From assembly GCF_036971445.1 (NCBI RefSeq), contig NC_091475.1, forward strand, positions 137,826,001-137,890,000: a stretch of DNA of 64,000 nt. The letters run 5' to 3'. The notes beneath the pieces are model-generated. The model did no database searches. It had not been told where the DNA came from and saw only the letters and a program-made list of their open reading frames with translations. Both the position numbers and the translations under genes were made by a program. This DNA is from Narcine bancroftii (taxonomy: Eukaryota). Positions 1 to 12,510 of the stretch are shown piece by piece. Numbering within the stretch: position 1 is the stretch's first letter; each line of letters begins with the position of its first letter.

Positions 1-70
1 AAAAAAAATTAAGACACTACAGTTTGAAACATAACTTAAGTTTACAATACCTAGTACAGAGAAGCTTTTG

Positions 71-417
71 TCAGCCATTATATAATATGGTGGTAGTTCC
101 CTTGTCATAATCTTCAGTAAGATGCCACACAGATATACCATGATCAAGCTTCTGTAATAACTCTACTTTCTGCACTATCGATAATGACAGACACTTCCTT
201 TTCGGCTTCTCTCTATTACCCAAAGGGGACTCTGCAGATCTTTTTGACATTCTCACAGTCTTCAAAGTCCGTTAACAGCAGGGACACATCCAACTGGTAG
301 GAGCATTGAGATACGGCACTGGGTGAACTTTGGTGTGCGGATGACGTCTGTGGAAAAAAATGTTCAGTTTTTTTGAGGTTTCAGTTTTCAGAATTTTGGA
401 TAAAAATTATGGACCTG
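71..417 (-). mobile_element. Tigger/pogo-family DNA transposon remnant (5' end plus start of transposase)
   Basis: ORF 71..265 (KRKCLSLSIVQKVELLQKLDHGISVWHLTEDYDKGTTTI) resembles the CENP-B/psq helix-turn-helix N-terminus of Tigger/Jerky-type transposases. On the - strand the element begins TA|CAGGTCC (TA at 418-419), a pogo-like TIR start with a TA target. Confidence 0.7.
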
Positions 418-1284
418 TATGAGTTTCTGGATAGTGTATAGAGCCAGTGACTGCTCCACATTGCCCTGTGAGTGCCAGATTAGAATCTGAAATTGTTCAG
501 GACTGCAAAAAATGTCATTTCTTAATTCCTCATGCCTGAATCTGACTTACTTTCATGTCCCCAGATTCAACCTCAGATAGTTTTCATTTATTATTTTCAT
601 TAATTGGAAAGTTAAATATTTTTCCCTTGTTACCCCATATTTCCATTTTACATTGAGTTTTAATTTTTTTTTCATTTTCTTATTTTTTTTAAAGTCTGCT
701 CCATTACCATGTTTGAAGTTCACATTTAAATTTCAATCCCCTGAAATCAATTTGTGGATTTCATTTTAATCTCAATATAATCTCCAATTTTCATGCTCTT
801 TTCTTAATTTTAAGTGGTTCTGTGCTACTTATTTCCAATTTCCTATATCTTCATTTAACTTCTTGCCACTGGTTTCATTATCTATGTTCCCTTTGTTGCT
901 TACATCCAACTCTCTAAATTCTACAACCCTCCTTTTTCTGGCTGCTCGACCCTTTCCTTTTGCACCACTAAATTTCTCAACCTTCATCCTGTTATTTATT
1001 ATATTGCTGCCTGTCTATCCATTTCTCCAAAAACATCTCCCCCTCCCAGCCCCCGCCCCCCCCCCACCCAATGGTGGGCTGCTCCAACTGCTGTGACAGA
1101 AGCACCATCTGCTGCTGTGACCCATCTAAGAAAAAAAACTACTTTTACAGGTCTTGATTAACTCTGTACAAAGTGAAGTTTGGATTGATACCGAATAATG
1201 CTTGGACGCAGTCAGAGATGTATTTCCTGAAGAACAGTTGTAACTATGAGGCCTTACTTCCATGCAGGAATACAAAATTTTTAA

Positions 1285-1360
1285 AAAAGTGCTGGAAATG
1301 CTCAGCAGGTCAAATAGCATCTGTGGAGAAAAAAATGTTTCAAGTCTATAAACCTCCCTA
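1285..1360 (-). repeat. Short dispersed repeat, probable Penelope-type terminal fragment
   Basis: gctggaaatgctcagcaggtcaaatagcatctgtggaga...gtttc. Similar segments recur at ~58925-59000 and ~61560-61620. Family assignment is from recall. Confidence 0.35.
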
Positions 1361-2399
1361 AAATGCTTAATGTAAATTTTGTTGCTAAATAGATTTCACT
1401 AAAGGAGGCCCTTCTCTGTACTACCAAAAATCTGATCATGTGCTAATATTTTGTCAATCATTTTAAAAAAAGCACGTGCCATATCACTTTCAATATACAT
1501 TTCCACTGAATTACTTTACATCTTAAAACTTCCATTCCATTATCCATTAACCTTTTAATTTCTGATGAATACAAGTGAAGTTCATTCTTTCATCAGAATG
1601 TAATCTATTCTAATGACGGGTGGTCAAATTTCCATTTTGACCATAATCTGCAAGTGAGGCACAAAACGGACTCAAACGAGTTCCAGTTGGCAAATGTGAC
1701 TATCTTTTTACTCCAGTTTACATTTAATCTATTTACGTATCTTCTAAGCTTCCATCTGCAAACTCACCTTTCAGTCTGTGTATTAAATTCAAATGATAAT
1801 GGTATTTCCTCATGTTCATTATGTGTGCAGGGATTTCACTTTCAATCTGAAATTTAATTTCAGACACTGATGAAAGGACTGAGACAATGGAGAACTTTGT
1901 TTTGGTACTGAAGTGGGTGTTAAATTTGAGTGTAATATATTTGAATATTAAGCTTCCACATAGCAAGCAATTTTCTTAATCCACTATGATATTTTAACAC
2001 TTAAACAAATAATAAGCCGGTAGCAGACATTGCTAAACCCTTTTCATAAAAGATGACGGGCAGATCCTTAATGAATTTTCAGATAACCACATGTTATTGC
2101 AACTCAAATCAATTTAGAGTAGATGGTTTGACTAAAACCAGAACTAAAAATAGAATACAAAGGGTATATTTGGGAGATGAGACAGCATCTGTGAAGAGGT
2201 AAATTGATTTTTTTGGTTTACCTGCTGATTGTTTTCAAATTCCTGATGAACTATCACATTTTAAATATCAGAGAAAGGGGAGCACTGGAAAAGTCAAAAG
2301 GAATATTTATGAGGGGCTGGATACCAAGAGGGATCGTGATGTAATTTTTAGAAATATATGTATTCAACATTTTTAAGGAGCTGGTCATTGTTGGCAAAA

Positions 2400-3450
2400 T
2401 GCTAAAATTTACTGTGCATCCCCAATTATCCTTGAAGTTAAAGTGGAGGTGAGCCTCCTTCCTGAAATACTTGAGAGTTGTTGGAGCCATTCTCATTGAG
2501 AAAATAGAGTTTACTATTTGACTCTGACAACGGAAGAAAGTCCTTGAATTTTCAGCAGGTAAATCAGCCGCCATGGGATAACAAACACACATCAGCTCTT
2601 TTAGCCATTGTATGTATTCAAATTGCCCAGTTGCATTTCATTTCAATGGCCATCTTCACTCTGTTGGATATAAAGAGTTTAGTCATGGTATTGCCATTAA
2701 ATGTCAAGGGGAGGTGGTTGGGTTCTCCCTTGTTGGAGATGGTTGATGCATAGCACTTTTGCAGATAAAAGTTTACTTCCTTCTTTTCATGCTACAACTG
2801 AATGTAGTCTAAGTCTTGTTGCATGTAACCTTGCTCAACTGCATTTCCAGAGAAGTTGCAAATGGTATTAAATACAAGCAACCCCACTGGTGATTCAGTG
2901 ACAAAAAGGGCATGACGGAATATAATGGGCCTTGAGCACTGCTCGGAAGAACATGCACTAATGACTTGAGACTGGGATGACTGACATCTAACAAAATATG
3001 TTGTGTGAGGTGGGACTCCAACCACTAAAATGCTTTCTCCTTCTCGCCATAAGACTTCAGTTTTGCCAGTGCTTTTTGATACCACACTGGGAGAATTGCT
3101 GCACTGATGCCAAAATTGTTCATGCTCATCCTCTGGAATTCATCACACTGTTCCACATTAGGACAAACATTATGATGATGGCAAAGCAAAGCCTAAATTA
3201 TAGATGAGTAAATACCAATTATTAGTACTGTTGAAAACATATATTCTCACTTTCATGATTGAGAGTGATACAGACATTAATTAGCATGCCTGAATTTACT
3301 TTGTCTGTTGTGGACAAGATAGACCTGCAATGTTCCCCATTGTTGGGCAGATACCACTCGAACTGCTTGGCTAGATATGAAGTTTGTTCTGGATCACAAA
3401 TCTTCAGTACTAAGCTGACATGATGTCAAGCTGTGCCCAAATCTTTTGAA
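2400..3450 (-). mobile_element. Degraded CR1/L2-group LINE, RT region
   Basis: - strand ORF 2792..3085 ends ...MQQDLDYIQL, matching the MQQDLDNIQAW motif after the LINE RT FADD. A decayed GVPQGSVLGP region lies near 2930-2960. Many frameshifts. Confidence 0.55.
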
Positions 3451-3484
3451 TGAATCAGATTGGCTAATATCTGAGAGAACACAG

Positions 3485-3595
3485 AAAGCAGTGACAATGA
3501 TCAATGAGAGTAGGACAATGGATGTTGTCTTCAAGAACTTTAGTAAACCATATAACAAGGTTCCCCATGGTCAGCTGCTCTAGAAGATTGAATCA
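3485..3595 (+). mobile_element. CR1 LINE RT fragment
   Basis: atggatgttgtcttcaagaactttagtaaaccatataacaaggttccccatggtcagctg reads as a decayed VDVVYMDFSKAFDKVPHGRL motif. Confidence 0.55.
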
Positions 3596-3599
3596 GGAA

Positions 3600-4800
3600 G
3601 ATGACATCCACATGTAGTCACAGACATCTTTAATCTCTCCTTGCAACAGGCCCACAGCTCCCACATGCTACAAGAAGGCCACCATCATACCAGTACCAAA
3701 AAAAATGGCTACCAACCGGTGACTATCCCCTCCACCATCATGAAGTGATTTGACAGGCTGATCATGGCTCACAAGCCTCCAAACCAGCCTTGACCTACTT
3801 CAATTCCCCCACCAGCCAAAGAGATCCACAGCTGACATCATCACCCCAACTCTCCATTTGGTCCTGGAACACCTGAATGCCAAGGACTAGAGCTCTGTCT
3901 TCAATATCATAATCGCCAGTAAACCCATTCCAAAACTTTGGGATCTAAGATTCAGCATCCCTCTCTACAATTGGATACATGATTTCCTAACAGACCACAA
4001 TCAGTGAAGATGGGTTACACCTCCTCTTCAATCACAAACACCAGTGCTCCACAGGGATGTGCACTCACTGCACTCCCAGAACTACTGAACTAAATACCAT
4101 TTCCCTTTCCACCTTTAAATTTGCCGACAACACCACAGTAGTGGCAAGGGTATCAAATAACAAGACGGAATACAGGAAAGAGGTTGAAAGTCTGGTGGCA
4201 TGGTGCCAAGACAACTTCTCTTTCAACCTCAATAAGAAGGAGATGATTGTTGACTTCAACAAAGGGGAAATAGTTCACAAACCTGCCCATATTAATTGTG
4301 AGAAGATTGAAAAGTTAGAAAGCTTCGTTCTTTGGAGTAAATATCTCCATTGTCCTGACCTGTGACAAACAAGTTGACCCAAGAGTCAAGAAATTCCAGA
4401 AATTGCATAAATGCCACAAATTTCTTAGAAAACTAAGGAAGGTCAGCATGTCACCCTTATCTCTCAGGAAGTTCTACAGGTGCACCATCGAAAACATTCT
4501 TACTGGATGCATCACAACATTGAATGAGAGCTGTTAGGCTCAAAAATCAGAAGAATCTGAAGAGGGTAGTGAAGGCTCCAAAATAAAATGCAAACTTCCC
4601 TCCCCTCCATGGATTCTACATCTCCCACTCTCCAGGAAAGATAGCCAATACACTGAAAGACCCTTCACATCCCAGACACATTCTTTTCTCTCTCCTTCCA
4701 TCGGGGTGAAGCTTAAAAATGTGAAAGTGTACACCAACAATTTAAAAAAACCTTCTTTTCTCCACAGCCATCAGGTTCCTGAATGAACCTCACAACAATG
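3600..4800 (+). mobile_element. Rex1/Babar-type LINE, decayed RT and 3' end
   Basis: DIFNLSLQQ...TCYKKATIIPVPKK at ~3622-3705. ORF 4057..4365 has FKFADNTTVVARVSNN...LVAWCQDN...EMIVDF. 3' motif ttctccacagccatcaggttcctgaa at ~4760-4785. Confidence 0.8.
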
Positions 4801-4923
4801 CTATCATGCTTCCTTTCCTTGGAGCTGTTTGATCTCCCTTTTCATTGTCATGCTATGCAGGTACTCCCTGGTCTGCCACCTATGTAACTAAATCCATCCG
4901 CATTTACGAGCAAATTAAAAAAA

Positions 4924-4977
4924 ATATATATAAAAATATATATATATTTTATATCTATATATATATATATATATATA
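4924..4977. repeat. (TA)n microsatellite
   Basis: Interrupted TA dinucleotide run, seen directly. Confidence 0.95.
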
Positions 4978-4984
4978 ACACCAA

Positions 4985-5250
4985 GAATGTAGATGGAGTC
5001 CATGGAGGTGTGGGAAGTTTGTGTGACACTCTGAGTTGCATTCACTATCTCCTGCAGCTTCTTCTAATCTTGAACAGAGCAGCTCCCATGCCATGCAGAG
5101 ATGCATCCAGCAAGTATGTCTTTAATGCAACATTTCTAGAAGTTGTTGAGGTATTGGGGGTGGAGGGGAAACATCCTTTAAAAAAGTGGAGGCATTGTGT
5201 GCTTTCATGAATATGATAGCAACGTTATTGGTCCAGGTTTGATCAATGGT
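4985..5250 (-). mobile_element. Rex1-type LINE fragment in the opposite orientation
   Basis: The reverse complement resembles the 4400-4640 part of the adjacent Rex1 copy (aatgccacaaatttcttaga / ttctacaggtgcacc / ccctccatggattctacatc). Confidence 0.45.
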
Positions 5251-6410
5251 TGATATTTTGATCCAAAACTCTTAATCAAGACTGAAGGAATGTCCTACAG
5301 AACCAGTGTAATGAGGTCAGGAAGGGATAGAATAAATGTGGATGGTTAACCAGGAGGAGGTGAAACAGAGGCAGAGGACAGACAAAGAAAGAGAGAGAGA
5401 GAACAAAGAGCAAGGTAAAGAGAAATGGAGAGAGAACAAACAAATGTCAACTGGAGGAAGATGAGTCTCACAGGGTGGTAGATAAATGCTACCATTGCTG
5501 GGATTGAATAATTAGTCAAGGTGACTATAATGGTTTAAAGAAAGATCAGATGGAACTGAAGGTGGGGAGAGAGTGCAAGAATCCAATGGGGAGGTAGGGT
5601 GGAAGAGGATGGAACAAAAAGTAGGTGGAGCAGAAAGAGGAAAGGGAAAGAACAGAGGAGAGAAGAGACCCATGAGCTGAAATGAAACAATTATGTTTAA
5701 ACCATTGAGTTGTCGACTGCCAGGTGGAATATAAAGGGTTGTCCCTCAACTCTGACAGTAAGGTGGCTCAGGTCAGAGAGGATGGTCTGAGAATGGGAAG
5801 GGGAGTTAAAATAACATTCAAACAGGAACTCAGGATGGCTATTGTGAATATTTTGTAGATCAGGGGCAGCCAACCTTATAATTTGGATATGCAGCACAGT
5901 AACAGGCTGTTTCAGCTCATGAGTAGGTACACGGGGTGTAAGTTATTTGGACGGCACAGACCCGTGGGCCCAAATGGCCTGTTATTATGCTGTATATATA
6001 AATTAAAAAGTAAAAGTTTGACACTCCTGGTGTAGATGCTCTTCATAACAGTTCCCAACTCTGGATTTGGTCTCACTGATGTGGAGCAGGCTACACATGG
6101 AGTTCTGATTGCAATAGATGAGGTTACAGGAGGTACAAGTGAATCTCTTTGCCTCTTGTGAAAGGGCTGTTTGGGATTCTGGATGGAAATGAGAGAGGGG
6201 ACACAAAAACAAGTGCTACCCTGTGCAGTTTAATGAGAAAGTACAAAATGAAATGGACGATATGGAAATGGGGGAGAAGTGGCAGAAATGGTCCGGGTTA
6301 ATTTCAGAGAAGGGTGGAGGTTAGCAATAACATTGACGAGGTACAGGAAGCAACCCCAGTGCAGTCATCAAAACAACGGAGGAAGAGTTAGTGGGAGATG
6401 CCGGCATAGG
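5250..6410 (-). mobile_element. Penelope-like retroelement remnant (GIY-YIG endonuclease region and 3' terminal region)
   Basis: ORF 6003..6212 has RFTCTSCNLIYCNQNSMCSLLHISETKSRVGNCYEEHL, a decayed FTCxSxNLIYCIxCxxCxxLYIGETxRRLxxRFxEH. ORF 5697..5897 has YFNSPSHS...EGQPFIFHL, a decayed HFNSPSHS...EEQHLIFRL. Confidence 0.75.
5905..6003 (+). mobile_element. CR1-type 3' tail inserted into the Penelope remnant
   Basis: ggcacagacccgtgggcccaaatggcctgttattatgctgtata. It separates the two GIY-YIG ORF pieces. Confidence 0.45.
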
Positions 6411-6999
6411 TAACTCTTGAATGACAAACATTAACTGTATATCAAAATTCTATCTAGCATAATATAATAATACCTTTAAAATATTCATGGGCTGCCAACT
6501 AAAGAAAGCTGTGAATGATGTTATCTCTTTACTCCTCAACTACCCATGAAAATTACTGGCACAGAATAAATTTGATAATTGTTAGATCACAAGGAATAAA
6601 CAGGGTACAGCATGGATAATCATAAAGAGAATATTGTGCGTGTGCATGTGTTTTCTTTAATAATCAAAAATGTGGAAATTCTGGGCAATTTGGATGGGAA
6701 CGACATGTCTGAACAAAGGTAGGGTTGGGGTGATTTGTTTTGAGAATCAAGAGTTTTAGCAATTTGTATGAGAGTTGTAGATATCATCGTTAAAAGCTCT
6801 GTATGATTGTTGGAATACAAAATCTGCAGCAGTTACAAATTTCATGGATGGTAATGTTTCCTATTATGTAATCCTCTATATTTATATCTGATGAAATGTT
6901 ATTGTATTATGTTGATAGTGGTGCTATTTAGTTTCAATGAATTTTTATAGTAATTGTGTTCTGTTGTTCAATGGACACTGGGTGACTTAACCTCACTTG

Positions 7000-8018
7000 T
7001 ATGGGTTCAGACCCAGCAGAGATACTTGATACGAGGCAAGACTACGTACATTAGAAATGCCTGGATTCCAAAAAATAAATCTTATTGGTACAAAAAAGCT
7101 GAAACCCTCTAACATATTCTCTATTTATTGAATAACGTGAATTTTAAAAGAAAAGGGACGAAATGCAGGCAAGGATATAACATTCAATTAAGAGGCTTAC
7201 AATGTTACTAGAATGTAATAAACCAAAGGACTGAGGAAGTTGTAAGTAGGATACTTAACCCAAAAGCCTATAAAGAAATATAAAGTTTTATAAGATGATT
7301 TGACAGGAGCTAGCTGGGGTAGATTGGAAGCAGCTGTTATTGGACAAGCTTAAACCTGACAGGTGGCTGTTATTTAAGGGTCAAATAATTAGAATTCAGG
7401 GCTACCATCTTCCAATATGAAGAATGGGGAAGGATGAAGAAGGTCTCTAACTGAGGATGTGTGAAGTTCATGAAGCCTCAAATCAGAAGAATATAAATAT
7501 TACAGGGAGGATCACAAGCAGGGCATCAGGAAAAGGCCACATGAGCAGGATTTAAAAAAAAAACAATCAAGGGATTTTGTACTTGAATTGAAAACCAGAG
7601 GATGACCAGGGAGAGGCTTTGATACTTCAAGGACAAAGGAGGGAACTTATGCTTGATGTCAGAGGAAGTAGCTGACGTACTGAATACTTTTCATTGGTGT
7701 TTATTGGTGAGGTGGTCTGTAATAGGCAACATAATATTGAAGAATGTTAATTTATTTGGGCATTTTGAGATCAAGAGTTAGTTCTAGGTATTTTAAAATG
7801 GACAATTCCCCTGGGCTTGGTGGGATGTATTCCCTGTTCATTGAAAGAGCAGGCAAGTAAAAATTGTTGGGGCCTTGCCAAAGATCTTTACCTCCTTACG
7901 AGTGATAAGAAAGGTTCCAAATGATTAGTGTGGCTAATATTGTACCTCTCTCCAAGCGAGAGATAAGGAGAATTCAGGAAACTATAGGAATAAACTTTAC
8001 ATCAGTGAGATATTTGGG
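7000..8018 (+). mobile_element. CR1 LINE ORF2, 5' part (interrupted by Gypsy A)
   Basis: gacaattcccctgggcttggtgggatgtat (DKSPGPDGMY-like), gtggctaatattgtacctctc (VANIVPL) and ggaaactatagg (GNYR). Left boundary approximate. Confidence 0.7.
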
Positions 8019-8023
8019 GTATG

Positions 8024-8241
8024 TATGGTGAATGTCTGCCAAGCTGCCTGTCTCCCCGCTGGCAAGCCTTGGTGTACTAACATTGGCTGTGCATTATCTC
8101 TACTGCTAAGGACACTCCCCTTGGATATAACTGTATATGCACCTATTGTCTTTCATTATTATACCATGAGTTTCTGCTAATAAATGCCATGATTATTGTT
8201 TGACCACATCGTCTTTGTCTACTTCATCAACTGGCACTTCA
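8024..8241 (+). repeat. 5' LTR of Gypsy A
   Basis: Starts TATGGTG (TG mutated to TA; the 3' LTR starts TGTGGTG) and ends ...CACTTCA. TATAA at 8126-8130, AATAAA at 8179-8184. About 14 substitutions and 2 indels versus the 3' LTR by eye (~92-93% identity). Confidence 0.92.
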
Positions 8242-8256
8242 ATTTTATTCACAGAA

Positions 8257-8960
8257 ATGGATGCAGGACTCAAGCCAGAGCGGCTGATAATCGACCAATC
8301 TGCCCCGAGGGCCAGAGAAATTTTTAACCCCTGGATTGCTTGTTTCAATTACTACATGGCTCGAAACAACATGGTCGATGAGGCGATACAGTGGGGCCAC
8401 CTGAAGGCTCTGCTGGCTGAGGTCCATTTCACCGTAACGCAAGGAGCTCCCACTCTGGCTTTAGCCCAGGAACGTCTGACTGCTTACTATGCAGGGCCAC
8501 GGAATGTGGTGCTTGCTTGACATCAGTTGCTGACTAGACGCCAGAAACCCGGGGAAAGTGATGGTGCCTATGCACTGGCTCTCAACTCATTGGCAAATGA
8601 ATGTGATGTCAGGGCAGTCAATGTGCAACAAGATCGCAATGCCTTGAAGCTGGATGCTTTAGTCAACGGGATCGACTCCAGTTACATCCAACAGAGGCTG
8701 CTGGAGACAGACCCCTTAACCTATGACCGGGCAGTCACTCTCGCCAAAACACTGAGAAGTGCCATGCGGGCCAGTGAAATGCTGGAAACCGAAAAGGAAA
8801 CATCCAGGAGTGCTGGAACCCCAAAGAAAAGAAAAAGGCGAACTCCTAAAAAATGCTACTTCTGTGATAAGAGCTGACACCCCAGACAGAAGTGCCTGGC
8901 TCAATTTGCTATCTGCAGCTATTGTGGGAAACTCAGCTACTTTACGAAAGCATGCAAGGC
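8257..8960 (+). pseudogene. gag: gag of Gypsy A (premature stops)
   Basis: MDAGLKPERLIID...; TRRQKPGESDGAYALAL...C; two decayed zinc knuckles CYFCDKS*HPRQKC...CSYCGK...C. In-frame stops at 8518-8520 and 8875-8877. Confidence 0.85.
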
Positions 8961-9149
8961 GAAAAGTACTCCCACTGATAAGAGAAGCACCAAGAAAATG
9001 TGTCATGGAGCTGCAGGAATGGAAGACAACTGTGAAAAGGGGGAATCTTCAGATGAGCAGGCTGATTCGACTTCAAGTGATGGCGAGGTGAGATCCACTG
9101 TGATAGCTCAATTGACTCCAAAGTTTGGGGGATGTTACAGACTGAAACG

Positions 9150-10800
9150 GTCAATTAGGAAGGGGGAGGTGAATGGTGAGACTCTTGATTGTTTAATAGA
9201 CTTGGTGAGTGCTGACAGCTACATCCACGAGAGGGTTGCCAGAGCCTTAAATTTGTGGAGATATCCAGCGAACTGAAAGCTATCAATGGCTTGTAGTGAA
9301 CTTACAAAAACTGTACGGGACAAGTGTAAAGTTACTTTAAATTTGCAGGGACATTGCCTGGGTGATGTGTGGCTCTTTATTATGCCAGACTCTGTGCCCC
9401 TGTGTTACTGGGGTTAGATATTCAATCTCAGATGAACAGTTGGTGTTAAATTTTGGTGGGCCACTACCCACACTTACCATCCCCTGCACTAGTTACTGCA
9501 GTCTGTCCACATAAAGATCAAAGCTCCCTCCCTTTTCAGTGATTTATCCCCCGAGTGTCAGCCGATTGCCACTAAGAGCTATTCTTACAGCAAAGAGGAT
9601 GGTGAGTTTATCAAAGCTGAGACGCAGAGATTGCTTAAAGAGGGAGTAAATGAACCCAGTAAGAGTCCGTGGTGAGCCCAGGTGGTGGTTGTGAAAAATC
9701 ACAGTAATAAACGACTGGTTATTGACTACAGCTAGACAATCAACCATTGCACTAACCTGGATGCCACACATCAATGAAATGATTAATCAGATAGCGCAAT
9801 ACAAAGTGTACTCCACTATTGACCTCAAAGCAGCTTACCCCCAAATTCCCATTAAAAAAAGGAACAACCCAATACAGCCTTTGAGGCTGATGGGGGGTTA
9901 TACCAGTTTAAATGGGTACCTTTTGGAGTCACTAATGGTTGTCAGTGTTTCAGAGGGAAATGGATAAGATTGTTAGGACGAATGAGTTACAGGGTACGTT
10001 TCCCTATCTGGATGATGTCACTATCTGTGGGAAAACACAGGCTGAGCACGACAACAACTTAAAGAAATTTTTAGCAACAGCTAAAGAACTCAACCTTACA
10101 TTTAACAAGGGCAAATGTGTGTTCAACGCGACAGAGCTACCCATTCTGGGCTACATTGTCTGCAAGGGCAGAAAACAAAAATGTATATTTCCTTACTGTA
10201 ATTGACGAATATTCCAGGTTTCCCTTTGCGATTCCATGCCCTGACGTCTTGTCAGCATCTGTCATTAATTCACTTGATAGGATTTTCAGCATTTTTGGTT
10301 TTCCCAGTTACATTCATACCGATAGAGGCTCAGCATTCATGAGCGCTGAACTGCTGTGAGCCCTGCTATGAAAAGGGATTGCCACCAGCCGTACCACGAG
10401 CTACAACCCGCAGGGCAATGGGCAGGTTGAAAGGGCTAATGCTACAGTCTGGAAGACTGTTAATCTTGCTTTAAAAACACATGGTTACCCTGTTACCCTG
10501 ACGCACTTCATTCTATTCCGTCTTTATTGTGTACTGCAACAAATCAAACTCCTCATGAACATATGTTTGCCTTTCCTAGGAAATGAGGAACTGTGATGGA
10601 CTGGCCAGCCTGTTTAACTGAGCCTGGAACCGTGCTGCTGAAGAGCCACATTCGGGCCTGTAAAACAGACTCCTTAGTTCAACTAGCTCAGCTACTGCAT
10701 ACTAACCTCAACTACGCTCATGTTAAATTCCCCGACGGGTGTACTAACACTGTACCCCTAAGAGATCTGGCCTTGCCTGGTTCGCCCCTTCCTCACACTC
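9150..10800 (+). pseudogene. pol: pol of Gypsy A (protease, RT, integrase core; RNase H missing)
   Basis: Protease CLIDLVSADSYI. RT STIDLKAAY, PFGVTNG, FPYLDDVTICG. Integrase YFLTVIDEYSRFPFA, IHTDRGSAFMS, YNPQGNGQVER. Frameshifts and stops throughout. Confidence 0.9.
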
Positions 10801-11163
10801 AGAGTGAACCTGAGAGGTTGACTCACCCCCCCAGCCTATGACCCCAAGTAAGCTTTCAGATGGCCATGCTGAGGCTCCATGGGTCCAGAAGCCAGTCCTT
10901 CCCATACTACTGACCCAGGATCTGTACCAGTTCCCAAGGTTGCAAAGGAGCCAACTGTTTTGGGTTGAAGCACCAGAATTCGTAAACAGCCTGATAGACT
11001 GACATATTCATAAAACATCTCATTATATTTTGATTGCTTGCTAGATACTGGTGTAATTTGGCTGAGTTTCTCAAGGCCAAACATAGTATCCATGTATTGC
11101 TTGCTTCAGTCTTTCCTAGCAGCTGTCCTTTTGATTTTAACCCTTCTTCTGCTGGGGGGAGAC

Positions 11164-11377
11164 TGTGGTGAATGTTTGCCAAGCTGACTCTCTGCCCTCT
11201 GGTGAGCCTTGCTGTACTAACATTGGCTGTGCATTATCTCTACTGTTAAGGACACTCCCCTTGGATATAACTGTATATGCATCTATTGTCTTTCATTATT
11301 GTACCATGAGTTTCTGCTAATAAAAGCCATGATTATTGTTTGACCACATCCTCTTTGTCTCCATCAACTGGCACTCA
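11164..11377 (+). repeat. 3' LTR of Gypsy A
   Basis: TGTGGTG...GGCACTCA, followed by the TSD GTATG. Confidence 0.92.
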
Positions 11378-11382
11378 GTATG

Positions 11383-12510
11383 ATATATACATCACTCTTG
11401 GATTAGAGGTAGTAAATATTGATTTTGTGATTTTTTTTTTCCCAGGAGGTGATGAAGGTGTTTTATAAGAGTAGGGCAGCGGATGTTGTATGCATGGACA
11501 AGGTTTCTCATGATGGACTAATTGAGAAGATGCAGTTGCATACGGTCTGTGGTGAGTGGAATTTGGACAAGAATTTTATCTGTGGTCAGTTGATAGTTTG
11601 GACACTAAGATCATAGGATATTGATGCAAGGATGTTATTTGAGTGGAAGGTCTGACCAGTCTTGGTCCACATTATTGCTGCCCTCTGTTTTGTGTAATAT
11701 GCATGAATACATTGGATGGAAAAAGTAGGTGGTCTGCAGTTGGTACAAAAAATTAGTAGAGTAGTGGAGAGTAAAGAGGGTTATCAAACAATACAACAGG
11801 ATGTTGATCAATTGGATATATGGGCAGAGAAATGGCAGATGGAGTTTCCTTTGAACAGATGTGAGGTGTTGGACTTTGGAATGTCAAATATAAAGGAAAT
11901 GTTTGCTGTTAAAATAATTTGATGTGTAGAGAGATCTAGGGTTCCAGGCTATAGGTTATTGAGAGTGGCCATACAAGTGGATGGGGTGATAACAATGGCA
12001 GGGTATAGCATACAAAATTAAGGGAGTAATTTGATATCAAATATAAAATGTTGGTAGATTTGCATTTGGAATACTGTGTGAAATTCTGGCTGCCCCATTA
12101 TATGATGTGATGGCTATGGAAAGAGTGCAGAAATTATTTACTAGTGTCTTGTCTGGTTTAGAGGGCATGAGTTTTGGGGATAAATTGGACAAATGGGTTG
12201 TTTTCTCCAGTGTAGGAGATTGAAGTTTATAAAATCATGAGGCATTGATTGGATGAACAGACAGAATCTTTTGCCTGGGTAAAAGTGACATACACTAAAG
12301 GATATGTTTGATATAAATGAGAGATGATATCTAGGGCAAATATTTCGCACTTATCGATGCCTCGAATACGTTCTCAGGAGTTATAGTGGATTCAGATACA
12401 ATAGTAGTATTAAAGCGATTTTATGATAGACACATTAATATGGAGGAATGTCTATCAGGTACAAGCAGCAGAATTTTATATTGCATGGACATGGGGCCTG
12501 TTCCCTTCAA
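11383..12510 (+). mobile_element. CR1 LINE ORF2, 3' part (RT to 3' tail), continuing 7000-8018
   Basis: ORF 11716..11922 has IQQDVDQLDIWAEKWQMEF...CEVLDFG. ttggaatactgtgtgaaattctggctgccc is LEYCVQFWSP-like. CR1-like tail ...ggggcctgttcc near 12495. Confidence 0.8.

Larger units (their letters stand above)
8024..11377 (+). mobile_element. Gypsy/Ty3 LTR retrotransposon A, two LTRs, internally deleted, defective
   Basis: Direct repeats at 8024-8241 and 11164-11377. Perfect 5-bp TSD GTATG at 8019-8023 and 11378-11382. Purine-rich tract ggggggagac just before the 3' LTR. Domain order gag-PR-RT-INT. Confidence 0.95.

Noticed and set aside
71-265. Host Jerky/TIGD gene
   Set aside because: The ORF ends after 64 codons and lies beside a TIR-like end, which fits a transposon remnant better.
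863-1096. Hydrophobic, membrane-protein-like ORF
   Set aside because: The T/C-rich composition yields Leu/Phe/Pro by default, the start is non-ATG, and there is no splice or homology support.
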